Shown: in pieces, positions 20,867 through 30,078 of the stretch
Layout: each line of letters starts with the position of its first letter
How positions within the stretch are numbered: position 1 is the stretch's first letter
From: an uncultured candidate division Zixibacteria bacterium
Lineage (GTDB): Bacteria; Zixibacteria; MSB-5A5; GN15; FEB-12
NCBI GenBank assembly: GCA_963806185.1
Contig: CAWDXE010000007.1
Coordinates: 512,001-576,000, forward strand
Reading direction: 5' to 3'
DNA length: 64,000 nucleotides
Program-made: the position numbers and the translations under genes
The notes under the pieces: model-generated
The model's database searches: none
Told to the model about the DNA's origin: nothing
What the model saw: only the letters and a program-made list of their open reading frames with translations

Positions 20867-22146
20867 TTACTCCCGTTGGTTCGAAAGGCGCGGAATCCGA
20901 TATCCTTCCTGAAAATGGCCCCGTCGAAACGAATCTTCTTGACCAGGCTGTAGGCGCGTTCCTGCGCTCCCTTGAGGTCGGAATCCATACCCATGACGTT
21001 CAGCACGCGGCCGCCGTTGGTAAAAAACTGATTCCCGTCGCGGCGAGTGCCGGCATGGAAGACGTAGCTGTTGTTATCGAATTGCTGCGGCAACCCCTGA
21101 ATGCGCTGACCGGTGGAGTACTTGCCGGGGTACCCCCGGGAGGCCATCACGACGGCGACCGCGGATCCCTGGCGCCATTCCAACTTACCAATGTTATTCA
21201 GCCGTTTGTCGACGACAGCCATGAGCAATTCGGCCAAATCAGATTTCAGAAGCGGGAGGACGACTTGCGTCTCGGGGTCGCCGAAGCGGCAGTTGAATTC
21301 AAGTACTTTTGGTCCGGCCTCGGTGAGCATCAAACCGGCGTAGAGAATTCCCCGGAAGGTAATGCCTTCATTCCTCAATCCGGCAAGGGTTGGCTGAAAG
21401 ATGTGGTCCATTATTTGTTCATTGAGGTCCGCATTGAGGAATGGCGTGGGCGAGTAAGCACCCATGCCGCCGGTGTTCGGTCCCCGATCACCGTCAAAAG
21501 CCTGTTTGTGGTCCTGGCTGGAAACGAGAGGGATAATCGCTTTGCCGTCGGTGATCGCCATTAACGACACTTCTTGTCCGATTAAGCAAGCCTCGACGAT
21601 GACTTTCGCGCCGGCGCTTCCGAACAGGCGTTTTTCCATCATGTTGACGATGGCCTGGGTCGCTTCGTTCATATCATGGGCGACAGCGACACCTTTGCCG
21701 GCCGCGAGTCCGTCGGCCTTGATCACCACGGGAAATTCGACTGATTTGCAGAAGCCGATTGCCTCGGCAAAGGTGGTGAAGACGCGAAAGGGGGCAGTGG
21801 GGATATGGTATTTCTGCATGAAGGTCTTGGCGAAGACCTTGCTGGCTTCGAGTTGCGCCGCTTTGCGTTCGGGGCCGAAGATTTTGAGTTTACGTTTCTG
21901 GAAATCGTCGACAATGCCTGAGGCGAGTGGTTGTTCGGGGCCGACGATGGTGAGGTCGATTTTATTGCGCTGAACGAACTCGATAAGCGTCTTAGTATTT
22001 TCGGGTTTGATATTGACGCACTTGGCGACTAAGGACATGCCGCCGTTGCCGGGCGCGCAGTAGACGCGTTCGACCTTTTTTGACTGTTTGAGTTTCCAGG
22101 CAAGGGCGTGCTCTCGGCCGCCGGAGCCAATAACGAGTACATTCAT
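20863..22146 (-). CDS. purD: Phosphoribosylamine-glycine ligase
   Basis: MNVLVIGSGGREHAL, VGPEQPL, KADGLAAGKGV, GPNTGGMGAY and EFNCRFGDPE. Confidence 0.97.
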   Translation of the reverse strand: MNVLVIGSGGREHALAWKLKQSKKVERVYCAPGNGGMSLVAKCVNIKPENTKTLIEFVQRNKIDLTIVGPEQPLASGIVDDFQKRKLKIFGPERKAAQLEASKVFAKTFMQKYHIPTAPFRVFTTFAEAIGFCKSVEFPVVIKADGLAAGKGVAVAHDMNEATQAIVNMMEKRLFGSAGAKVIVEACLIGQEVSLMAITDGKAIIPLVSSQDHKQAFDGDRGPNTGGMGAYSPTPFLNADLNEQIMDHIFQPTLAGLRNEGITFRGILYAGLMLTEAGPKVLEFNCRFGDPETQVVLPLLKSDLAELLMAVVDKRLNNIGKLEWRQGSAVAVVMASRGYPGKYSTGQRIQGLPQQFDNNSYVFHAGTRRDGNQFFTNGGRVLNVMGMDSDLKGAQERAYSLVKKIRFDGAIFRKDIGFRAFRTNGSK

Positions 22147-22244
22147 ATTTTGAACATCAGGTTGCGCGCGAAAACATGCAAAGATACAGGGTTGGAGAGG
22201 TTTATCAACTCCTTTTTTGTAAAGAGCGAGAGACAATTCCTCTA

Positions 22245-22274
22245 TTGACAAGGGCAACGGGCAGTTGGTATACT
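22245..22274 (+). promoter_or_regulatory. Putative sigma70 promoter
   Basis: TTGACA-N18-TATACT with an extended TG. Confidence 0.5.
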
Positions 22275-22376
22275 GTCGGCCTGACTCGAAGGAAGTCATT
22301 GGGACGTGGGAAATTTGACTCGTCGGCCGCATCAAACGATGGCGAGGGACGAGCAACGTACGGTGAGGGTGTGATC

Positions 22377-23036
22377 ATGAAGAAGGTGTCAACCATTCTG
22401 GCGGTTTGCGCGCTGGTTTTCGCGTCAACAGTCCTGGCTCAAGAAGAATCCGAAGAAAGAGATTTCCTGGAGGTATCGATCAGCGGCGGTGTTGCCATTC
22501 CCTCGGGCGGCATATCCGACTGGCACGATTCTCTGGGTGCCAAAACGGGCTGGCTGCTCGGGTTTGAATTCGGATATTTTGTAAAGCCGGAAATCGTGGT
22601 TGGCCTTTCCTTTGACTACAACCAGCACAAGATCGACACGAAATCTGCTGCGGAGGCGTTGAATCATCGGGTGTATAGCCCGGCGCTGTACGGCAAGTAC
22701 TACTTCATGGGTGAGTCCAACTTCGTGCCGTATATCAAGGGACAGATAGGCATCGATTTTCCGAAATTCACGACGATTGTGACGGACATGAATATCGGCG
22801 GCCAGGAGCGGTTCCGCGAGTTATCCTACGATCCGTCGCTTGCGTACGGTCTTGGCGTCGGGGCGTTCTATTATACGTCGGATTACTCCGGCCTCTTTGT
22901 CGAGGCGGACTATCGGATGGCCAAGACGAGCAATACACACGGCGGTTTCCAGGGGACCGACTATCCCTTTGAGGAGAATATCGGCATGATTTCCCTTCGT
23001 GCAGGCATTCATGTCTTTTTCAGCAAGGGTCAGTAA
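22377..23036 (+). CDS. Outer-membrane beta-barrel (OmpA/OmpW-like) protein
   Basis: Signal peptide, amphipathic aromatic-rich beta strands (FVPYIKGQIG, LFVEADY) and C-terminal AGIHVFF. Confidence 0.8.
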   Translation: MKKVSTILAVCALVFASTVLAQEESEERDFLEVSISGGVAIPSGGISDWHDSLGAKTGWLLGFEFGYFVKPEIVVGLSFDYNQHKIDTKSAAEALNHRVYSPALYGKYYFMGESNFVPYIKGQIGIDFPKFTTIVTDMNIGGQERFRELSYDPSLAYGLGVGAFYYTSDYSGLFVEADYRMAKTSNTHGGFQGTDYPFEENIGMISLRAGIHVFFSKGQ

Positions 23037-23059
23037 ATTCATTCAGCGATGAAGTTTGG

Positions 23060-23090
23060 ACCCCGCTCCCGTGAGCGGGGTTTTCTTTTT
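23060..23090 (+). terminator. Intrinsic terminator
   Basis: ACCCCGCTC-ccgt-GAGCGGGGT followed by TTTCTTTTT. Confidence 0.8.
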
Positions 23091-23130
23091 GGGGTTGCCG
23101 TCACCGCTTACTCAGTATAGCTTTCGACAT

Positions 23131-24483
23131 ATGCATCGTACCAAATTGCTGATCGTCGACGACGAATCCAGTCAGCGGGAGTTGCTCGCGGGATTTTTGA
23201 ATCAGAAGGGGTTTGACGTTACCCAGGCGTCATCCGGTGAGGACGCGTACGACAAGTATCCGCAGCTGCTCACGCCGGTCGTGCTGGCGGATATGAAGAT
23301 GCCGGGGATGAGCGGGCTGGAACTGCTCAAGCGGCTGCGCGAAATCAATCCATTTGTGCAGGTGATCGTGTTGACCGCTTTCGGGTCGGTAGAGTCGGCG
23401 GTCGAAGCGATGCGGGCGGGGGCGTACGACTTTCTCACCAAGCCGGTTCAGGACCTGAACGAGTTGCTGGGGGTGTTGAACAAAGCGGCGCAGCAGAATC
23501 AACTGGTGGTTGAGTATCAGGTGATGGCGACGCGGCTGGCGGAGTCGTTTCCCGATTCGGAGATCATCGGCAATTCGCCGGCGATCCGCAAGGTGAAGGA
23601 GATGATCGCGCTGGTGGGGCCGAAAGAGGCGACCGTGCTGATCCTGGGAGCGTCGGGTACGGGCAAGGAGCTGGTCGCACGCGGAATTCACGCGACCTCG
23701 GAGCGGGTCGGGAACCGACTGGTGGCGATCAACTGTGCGGCTTTTCCGGAGACACTCCTCGAAGCGGAGTTGTTCGGTTTCGAGCGGGGGGCGTTTACCG
23801 GCGCGGACCGGATGAAACAGGGGCGGTTTGAATTGGCGGAAGGGGGGACACTCTTCCTTGATGAGATCGGTGAGATGCCTCTGCCGATGCAGGCGAAATT
23901 GCTGCGGGTGCTGGAGGAGCGCAAGATTCAGCGGCTGGGTGCGGTGAAGGAGATCACGCTCGACACGCGACTGATTGCGGCGTCGAACAGGAATTTGGAA
24001 CAGATGGTGCGGGAAGGAAAATTCCGCGAGGATTTATATTATCGTCTCAATGTGATAAGTATCGAATTGCCGCCGTTGGCCGAGCGCGGCGGCGACATTC
24101 TGCTTTTGGCAAAGGCGTTCATCGATCGTTACGCGCGCAAAATGGGTAAAGAGATTACCGGGTTGGATCCGCGTGCCGCCGATCTGCTGTTGCACTACGC
24201 CTGGCCGGGCAACGTGCGCGAATTGGATCACATTATCGAGCGAGCGATGATTCTCGCGCGCGGGAATTCGTTGACCGCTGATCAGTTTGACACGCTCGGA
24301 GGCGGGAGACAGGCCGACCCGACCGAGGTGCGCCCGTTAGCTGATGTTGAGCGCGACGCTATCGAGAATTGTCTGCGTTTGTACGATTGGAATATGACTG
24401 CTTGCGCCGAGAAGCTCGGCATTCACCGCAATACGCTCCGGTTGAAGATCAAGGAATACGGGCTGGTGCAGCCGAAGGGGTGA
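23131..24483 (+). CDS. Sigma54-dependent two-component response regulator (NtrC/ZraR/PilR family)
   Basis: REC domain ([14 protein letters not shown]), AAA+ [14 protein letters not shown] and LDEIGE, and a Fis-type [14 protein letters not shown]. Confidence 0.95.
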   Translation: MHRTKLLIVDDESSQRELLAGFLNQKGFDVTQASSGEDAYDKYPQLLTPVVLADMKMPGMSGLELLKRLREINPFVQVIVLTAFGSVESAVEAMRAGAYDFLTKPVQDLNELLGVLNKAAQQNQLVVEYQVMATRLAESFPDSEIIGNSPAIRKVKEMIALVGPKEATVLILGASGTGKELVARGIHATSERVGNRLVAINCAAFPETLLEAELFGFERGAFTGADRMKQGRFELAEGGTLFLDEIGEMPLPMQAKLLRVLEERKIQRLGAVKEITLDTRLIAASNRNLEQMVREGKFREDLYYRLNVISIELPPLAERGGDILLLAKAFIDRYARKMGKEITGLDPRAADLLLHYAWPGNVRELDHIIERAMILARGNSLTADQFDTLGGGRQADPTEVRPLADVERDAIENCLRLYDWNMTACAEKLGIHRNTLRLKIKEYGLVQPKG

Positions 24484-24610
24484 GGCAGGTGAGTGGGGTG
24501 GGGAAGCGCCGGTAATTGCACAAATCAGCGCCGAGTGTCTCAGCAAGAGTCATCGCGAGGCTCGCTTCGAGCCGTGGCGATCTTTCAGTTCTCCTCTCTG
24601 ATATGGAAAA

Positions 24611-24643
24611 CCCGTACCTCACCGTAAAGCGGTGAGGTACGGG
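24611..24643. repeat. Perfect 14-bp inverted repeat (REP-like or terminator hairpin)
   Basis: CCCGTACCTCACCG-taaag-CGGTGAGGTACGGG. Confidence 0.7.
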
Positions 24644-24728
24644 GTGGAAAGCGTTCGAGAACCTTCATTTGCGCCCGATCAATGCTCGACTCCCACGCAT
24701 CAAATTAGGACAGTACCCCAGACTGCGG

Positions 24729-24745
24729 TGCACAAAAATCGTGCA
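24729..24745. promoter_or_regulatory. NtrC-type enhancer (UAS) palindrome
   Basis: TGCAC-AAAAATC-GTGCA, matching TGCAC-N7-GTGCA. Confidence 0.55.
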
Positions 24746-24809
24746 TCGGCGCTGATACTCCTATCGTCTAATCACCCTAATCAATTGTATAACTGTATGT
24801 TAGCTGATC

Positions 24810-24825
24810 TGGCACGCCGATTGTT
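24810..24825 (+). promoter_or_regulatory. Putative sigma54 -24/-12 promoter
   Basis: TGGCACGCCGATTGTT (GG-N10-GT, one mismatch at -12), 51 nt before ATG 24877. Confidence 0.55.
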
Positions 24826-24876
24826 ATATCCTATAGCGATGATAGCATTTTGGTACTCTGAAGATTGGAGATAGAT

Positions 24877-25759
24877 ATGAAAAACATACTGAAAGCAACC
24901 CTCCCAATCTTGCTGGCCTTAGGCATAGCCGGCTGTGATGACGAAAACGACATTCTGATTGAGGATGCGGTTCCCGCGGCCCCTCAGAACGTCTTCTCGG
25001 TCACGGGCGACGGATACGTGGATATCTATTGGAATGCACCGTACGAAGCTGATTTGGCGGAATTCGTCATATTTCGCTCGATCGATTCGCTGACCGGTTA
25101 CACGGAAATCGGCTCGGTGCCGGCAGAGGCCAATCAGCATCTCGATCTGCTGCAATATACTTTCGAGGATCATCAGATTTCGAACGGACAGACGCGCTAC
25201 TATGCCGTGATGACCGTCGACGATGCCGGGCAGGAATCGGATCTGTCAGCGGAAACCGTCTACGACACGCCGCGCCCGGAAGGGGTCGACGAGTTGTATT
25301 CGCTGTACTCCCAGCCGTCGCTGTCGGGGTACGTGTTGTCGAACCGACAGAAAGTCTGCCTACACCAGTCCGCTGGCGGATATCGTCATCGACACCCTTG
25401 ACGGTGTCTTCTGGCTGAACGCGGCCAATTTTGATACGGACATTCAGGATGCCGGGTATACACCGGACTTCACCTGGATCGACTATGCACCTACAGATGG
25501 GTGGAGTCAGGTGGGGTACCTTGAGATTATCAGATACCATACCTATATCATTTGGACGGACGACGATCATTATGCGAAGATTCGTGTCCTGTCGACCGAT
25601 CTGGCGACCGGCCGGATCACGTTCCAATGGGCGTATCAGACGTCGCAGAGCGACCTGGGCCAGCGCGAGTTGAGCCCGGCGCAACCGAAGGAAAAGCCGG
25701 TGCACGGCAGCGATTACCTCAGACGGCCGGTGATGATCAGCAACGTCGAGGCACGCTAA
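24877..25759 (+). CDS. Lipoprotein with a fibronectin-III-like domain, split by a +1 insertion at ~25357
   Basis: Lipobox IAGC; FN3-like PAAPQNV..GDGYVDIYW..YYAVMTVDDAGQESDLS. It continues in ORF 25223-25759 (YIIWTDDDHYAKIRV). Confidence 0.75.
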
Positions 25760-25778
25760 GCGTGAAAATTACGAAAGG

Positions 25779-27377
25779 ATGGCAAATATGAGACACAGAT
25801 GGGCCAAGATGAGCTGGACGGCGATCGCTCTCCTGCTGGCGAGCGCCCTGTCCGTATCCGCACAGCAAAGTCAGCGGGACTACGACAGCAACAACGGTCG
25901 CGCCGACGATGTGGACAACTACCGGTCCGGCGAGGCGCGCGACGTCCGCATTGACCGGTATCTCGACGCCGACGTCTGGACTGACCGTTCCGACGCCGAG
26001 TACTACGAAGGGGATGCGATCACGATCCATTTCCGGGTGAATCGCGACGCCTTTGTGGCGGTCTATTCGATTGATTCGCGCGGGCGGGTGAACCTGATTT
26101 TCCCGTCGGATCCGAGCGACGACAATTTCGTGACGGGCGGTGTGACGTATAATCTGCCCGATGGTCGGGACAATTACGACCTGGTGGTGTCCGGCCCGAA
26201 GGGGACGGAGAACCTGCAGATTATCGCCTCGCGGGAGCGATTCCCGATCCCGAACTGGTATCGCAATTCCGGTTTGATTTGCGATTGGGAAGATCGCAAC
26301 GAATACATGGATGACTTGAACGGACGGTACTTCGTCCGGTATGACGGTCAGCGGTTCGCCTACGATCGGGCGGCTATCCTGGTCGATGAATGGGAGCCCG
26401 ACTATTTCCACCCGATCTATACCCCGTATTATCCGGGGTGGGCGGTGTGCGGCAACGTGTACATCGACTATCCGTGGGGCGGCGCCGTGTATGTGAACGG
26501 CATTTACTGGGGCTGCGCGCCGCTGTACATCCCGCGCCTGCTGGTGGGATGGCACACGCTGACCGTATATGATCCGTGGGGGTATTGCTGGGAGAACGAC
26601 GTCCATGTCAGCCGGTACAACACGCTGATTCTGGACCGGACGATCATCAAGACCCGCCAGACGGTGGTGTCGAAGTACAAAGAAGTGCGCACAGTCGGGT
26701 ATCGCGATCCGGCGAAGAACGGGTATCCGGACTACGATAAGCGTGCGCAAGTTATCAAGAGCAAGACCACGCGTACTGAATCGCCGGTGATCGGAAGCTT
26801 TGGTGCGGGCAAGCAGAAGACAAACATCACGCGGAGTGACGATGTTCAGCCGGTGTTTGAGAAGAAGTTCGTGCGGGGCGACGCGAAAGTCGTGCAGACC
26901 GACCGCGGGATTGAGACGAACGGCACGGTGACGTACAAGGACCGCGGACAGCGCTCAACAGACGCGAACACCAATTCGTTTGGCAACCGCAAAGGCGCCG
27001 ATCGTCGCGATGGCTCGACCACGACGATTGACAATCAAACGTCGCAGGGGAAGAGCACCCGTACCAATCAAGGATCGAACACCGTTCGCCAGCGTACTAC
27101 GGAAACGAACAACGGTAACACCGCAACGACGCGCCGGAAGAGCGGCAGCACCACTACGCAGCCGTCGACTACCAATCGTCAGCCGGCAATAGAGAAGCGT
27201 CAAGGCGGCGAAACGCGGAAAGCGGATCGTCCGGCCGAACAGCCGAAAGCGAAACCGGCCGAGACTAAACAGAGCAATCCGCCGGCGGTGAAAGAGAAGC
27301 CGGCGCAGAGTGCACCGGCCCCGGCCCCGGCGCCGTCGAGTGGCGACAAGAGCAAGCGCGGCCACGGCCGCGGTTGA
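25779..27377 (+). CDS. Secreted DUF4384-domain protein with a PEGA-like segment and a long disordered T/R/Q/P-rich tail
   Basis: Signal peptide; VWTDR...YYEGDAITIHFRVNRDAFVAVYSIDSRGRVNLIFP...GPKGTENLQIIAS; GGAVYVNGIYWG. Confidence 0.75.
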   Translation: MANMRHRWAKMSWTAIALLLASALSVSAQQSQRDYDSNNGRADDVDNYRSGEARDVRIDRYLDADVWTDRSDAEYYEGDAITIHFRVNRDAFVAVYSIDSRGRVNLIFPSDPSDDNFVTGGVTYNLPDGRDNYDLVVSGPKGTENLQIIASRERFPIPNWYRNSGLICDWEDRNEYMDDLNGRYFVRYDGQRFAYDRAAILVDEWEPDYFHPIYTPYYPGWAVCGNVYIDYPWGGAVYVNGIYWGCAPLYIPRLLVGWHTLTVYDPWGYCWENDVHVSRYNTLILDRTIIKTRQTVVSKYKEVRTVGYRDPAKNGYPDYDKRAQVIKSKTTRTESPVIGSFGAGKQKTNITRSDDVQPVFEKKFVRGDAKVVQTDRGIETNGTVTYKDRGQRSTDANTNSFGNRKGADRRDGSTTTIDNQTSQGKSTRTNQGSNTVRQRTTETNNGNTATTRRKSGSTTTQPSTTNRQPAIEKRQGGETRKADRPAEQPKAKPAETKQSNPPAVKEKPAQSAPAPAPAPSSGDKSKRGHGRG

Positions 27378-27387
27378 GATGAGCTCT

Positions 27388-27419
<32 letters not shown>

Positions 27420-27474
27420 GTGAGGTATACTAGAACTGGCGCACGAGACGTACGCCTGCCACGGCTCAGATGAT

Positions 27475-27514
27475 GGCAGAGCCGCCCGCGAAAAACCGGG
27501 GGGTTCTGCCCTAC
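27475..27514 (-). repeat. GTAG-type REP-like hairpin
   Basis: Minus strand reads GTAG-GGCAGAACC...GGCTCTGCC. Confidence 0.5.
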
Positions 27515-27565
27515 AAGTTAAGGGCAGTGGTGATGACGAAAGCACGTGGGACAATGGATTCAATC

Positions 27566-27594
27566 TTGACTCGTTCTACGGTGGGTGGTATTAA
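27566..27594 (+). promoter_or_regulatory. Putative sigma70 promoter
   Basis: TTGACT-N17-TATTAA, followed directly by an AGGAGG RBS. Confidence 0.45.
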
Positions 27595-27609
27595 GGAGGA
27601 CGAGGCACT

Positions 27610-27924
27610 ATGAAACGTTACCTTATCATGCTGGTGTGCGGCGTCTGGATCGTCGGTGCGGTAGCGCCGGTTCTGGCCGTGGAGAAGAAGGAGAAGTCTG
27701 CCACGACTCAGGCGGCGCCGAAAAAGGGACAGTCGACGGCGAAACGGCCGACAGTCAACAAGGGCAAAGCAGCGCCCAAGTATGATGATTTTGTCGACAA
27801 GAACAAGAACGGTATTGACGATCGCAAGGAAACGACGAAGATCAAAGATGATCAGCGAGTGAAGCCCAAGGCGGAAGAGAAAAAGGATGAGGACAAGAAG
27901 ACGGACGAGAAGAAGCCGGGCTGA
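27610..27924 (+). CDS. Small secreted Lys-rich protein with a DxNxNGxDD Ca-binding-like motif
   Basis: Signal peptide, FVDKNKNGIDDR and a strong RBS. Confidence 0.7.
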   Translation: MKRYLIMLVCGVWIVGAVAPVLAVEKKEKSATTQAAPKKGQSTAKRPTVNKGKAAPKYDDFVDKNKNGIDDRKETTKIKDDQRVKPKAEEKKDEDKKTDEKKPG

Positions 27925-27957
27925 TACTGCGCCACACAGTAGCAGGATGAGATTTTG

Positions 27958-27991
27958 ACCGCCGATCCGAAAGGAGCGGCGGTTTTTGTTT
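27958..27991 (+). terminator. Intrinsic terminator
   Basis: ACCGCCG-ATCC-gaaa-GGAG-CGGCGGT followed by TTTTGTTT. Confidence 0.75.
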
Positions 27992-28005
27992 ATGACGTTG
28001 TGCGA

Positions 28006-28035
28006 CGTCGCACTTCGACTTCGCTCAGTGCGACG
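28006..28035. repeat. REP-like element (CTTCGACTTCGCTCAG family)
   Basis: CGTCGCACT-TCGACTTCGCTC-AGTGCGACG: a 9-bp IR around a widespread intergenic repeat core. Confidence 0.6.
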
Positions 28036-28252
28036 GTGGGTGGGGTGAGTGCGGCAAGTCAGGTTCACTGCGAGCCTGAACTTCTTCGATAAAAAGAAGA
28101 TGGCAGAACCCTTGACCAGTGGAAGATGGGTTTGCCCTGCAAGCAATATCATTCCCGCGATAGCGGAGACGTTTGTTAGAAGCAATGCAGTTCGATTATT
28201 CAGGTAGCCGGGTGAGACGGGGAGGAAGCGCTTTCGGGTGAATCATTTGTCC

Positions 28253-28281
28253 TTGATTTACGTTATAAGTTATTGTATCAT
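28253..28281 (+). promoter_or_regulatory. Putative sigma70 promoter of the hrcA operon
   Basis: TTGATT-N17-TATCAT with an extended TG. Confidence 0.5.
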
Positions 28282-28335
28282 ATGCGAGTTGGCAGTTTGC
28301 TTCTGCCATTTTGGCAGTGATTTCCGGAGTCAGAT

Positions 28336-29370
28336 ATGTCGTTTGAGAACTTGTCAGAGCGTGAAAAACAGGTCCTGGCTCATCTTGTGGACTACTATGT
28401 CCGGTCGGCTGATCCGGTCGGTTCGCGCATGATTGCCAACAAGTTCCACATGGGGCTGTCGCCGGCAACGATCCGGAACACGCTGCAGGATCTCGAAGAA
28501 CTGGGACTGGTCGAGCAGCCGCATACGTCGGCCGGGCGGGTTCCCACCGATACCGGGTACCGGTTTTATGTCGACATGCTGCTCCGTCCGGAGCCGTTGA
28601 ACCCGGCCGAGAAGCAGATGATTCGGGACACGATTCTTCGCGAAGGGCGGGGGATCAGCGATATTCTGGGTCAGACGGCGCGGATTCTGGGAGATATCAC
28701 CAGCCAGCTGGGCGTTACGGTGGCGCCTAAATTCGAATCGGGGATGCTGCACTCATTGCGATTGATCCCGGTGGCCGACGGCAAGCTGATGGTGATCGTG
28801 ATTGTCGATTCAGGGCTGGCGCGGTCGGTGATTCTTGAGGTTGAGACCAGCATGTCTGATCTCCAATTGGTGGAGGTCGAGACGATTCTTAACGAACGTC
28901 TGGCCGGGCTGGCCTTGTCGGAGATACGTGACACAGTATCGCAGCGGCTGGAGGGGGTGAGCGGCAACGCGCGGTTGATCCAGTTGGTCATCGACTCGAA
29001 AGCGAAGATCTGGTCGGATGATCGGGCCGGGCTGTTGCACGTGGCGGGGGTTGATCGGTTGCCGACGATTCCGGAATTTGCGGACAAAGAGAAGTTATCG
29101 AAGCTGATCAAGGTGCTCGAAGAGGGGCGTGTCCTCACTGAGTTTCTGAGCAACGCCGATCACGAGGGGCTGGTGATCACGATTGGGCGGGAGAACCGAA
29201 TCAGTGAGATTGTCAATTGCTCGCTGGTGACGGCCTCGTACAAGGTGGGCAATATCACGGGTACCATTGGGATTATCGGTCCGACCCGCATGCCGTACGG
29301 CAAGCTGGTGTCGGTGGTCGAATACACGGCTCGGAGCATTTCCGAGGTCCTGTCAGGTATGAATGAATAA
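28336..29370 (+). CDS. hrcA: Heat-inducible transcription repressor
   Basis: PVGSR, LSPATIRN, QPHTSAGRVPTDTGYRFYVD and GIIGPTRMPY. Confidence 0.97.
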   Translation: MSFENLSEREKQVLAHLVDYYVRSADPVGSRMIANKFHMGLSPATIRNTLQDLEELGLVEQPHTSAGRVPTDTGYRFYVDMLLRPEPLNPAEKQMIRDTILREGRGISDILGQTARILGDITSQLGVTVAPKFESGMLHSLRLIPVADGKLMVIVIVDSGLARSVILEVETSMSDLQLVEVETILNERLAGLALSEIRDTVSQRLEGVSGNARLIQLVIDSKAKIWSDDRAGLLHVAGVDRLPTIPEFADKEKLSKLIKVLEEGRVLTEFLSNADHEGLVITIGRENRISEIVNCSLVTASYKVGNITGTIGIIGPTRMPYGKLVSVVEYTARSISEVLSGMNE

Positions 29371-29387
29371 GAGAGGGGATCAGATAG

Positions 29388-30029
29388 ATGGCTGACGAAA
29401 AAGAAAGAACAATTCCGGTGGGTGACGGCGGAAGTCCGCAGGGGAAGGAACCGATCGGGGTTGAAGATTCGTTTTCTGAGAACCTTGATCCGGAGACGGA
29501 AGCGATTCGAGACGAAGCGTTGCGACTGCAAGATCAGATTCTGGCCGGGGTGTCGGAAGCGGACCTACTGCGTACCAAGGTCACCGAACTCGAGGACCAG
29601 AAGCTCCGTATCATGGCCGATTTCGACAACTTCCGACGTCGCACGGCGAGGCAGATGGACGAGACAGCGCGAGCGGCGACCGACAAGCTGATTCTGGAAG
29701 TGATTGAGATCGCGGACAATTTCGATCGTGCGCTCAAACATGCGAGTGAGGCAGTGGACGTGGAATCGTTGCGCAAGGGGATGGAACTGATACAGAATCA
29801 GATCCTGGCGATGCTGGGGCGGTACGATATTAAGCCGCTGGAGTCGGTCGGCCAGCCGTTCGACCCGAACAAGCACGAGGCGCTCCTGCAGGTGGCGACA
29901 ACCGATTTCCCCGAGGGGACGGTGGCGCTGGAGGTGAACAAGGGATTTGTGCAGGGTGACCGGGTGGTACGCTACGCCAAGGTGGGTGTCAGCACCGGCA
30001 GCGAGGATAAGGGCCAGAAGATCACGTGA
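29388..30029 (+). CDS. grpE: Nucleotide exchange factor GrpE
   Basis: ADFDNFRRR, DNFDRAL, GQPFDPNKHEA and VVRYAKVGV. Confidence 0.96.
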   Translation: MADEKERTIPVGDGGSPQGKEPIGVEDSFSENLDPETEAIRDEALRLQDQILAGVSEADLLRTKVTELEDQKLRIMADFDNFRRRTARQMDETARAATDKLILEVIEIADNFDRALKHASEAVDVESLRKGMELIQNQILAMLGRYDIKPLESVGQPFDPNKHEALLQVATTDFPEGTVALEVNKGFVQGDRVVRYAKVGVSTGSEDKGQKIT

Positions 30030-30078
30030 GGCCCGTTGAAGTGAAGAAGAACGTTGAAAATAAAGGAGTGATGCAATA

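Noticed and set aside
22147..22376. Overlapping N-terminal extensions of purD and the beta-barrel gene
   Set aside because: This is a divergent promoter region; the conserved starts are at 22146 (minus) and 22377 (plus).
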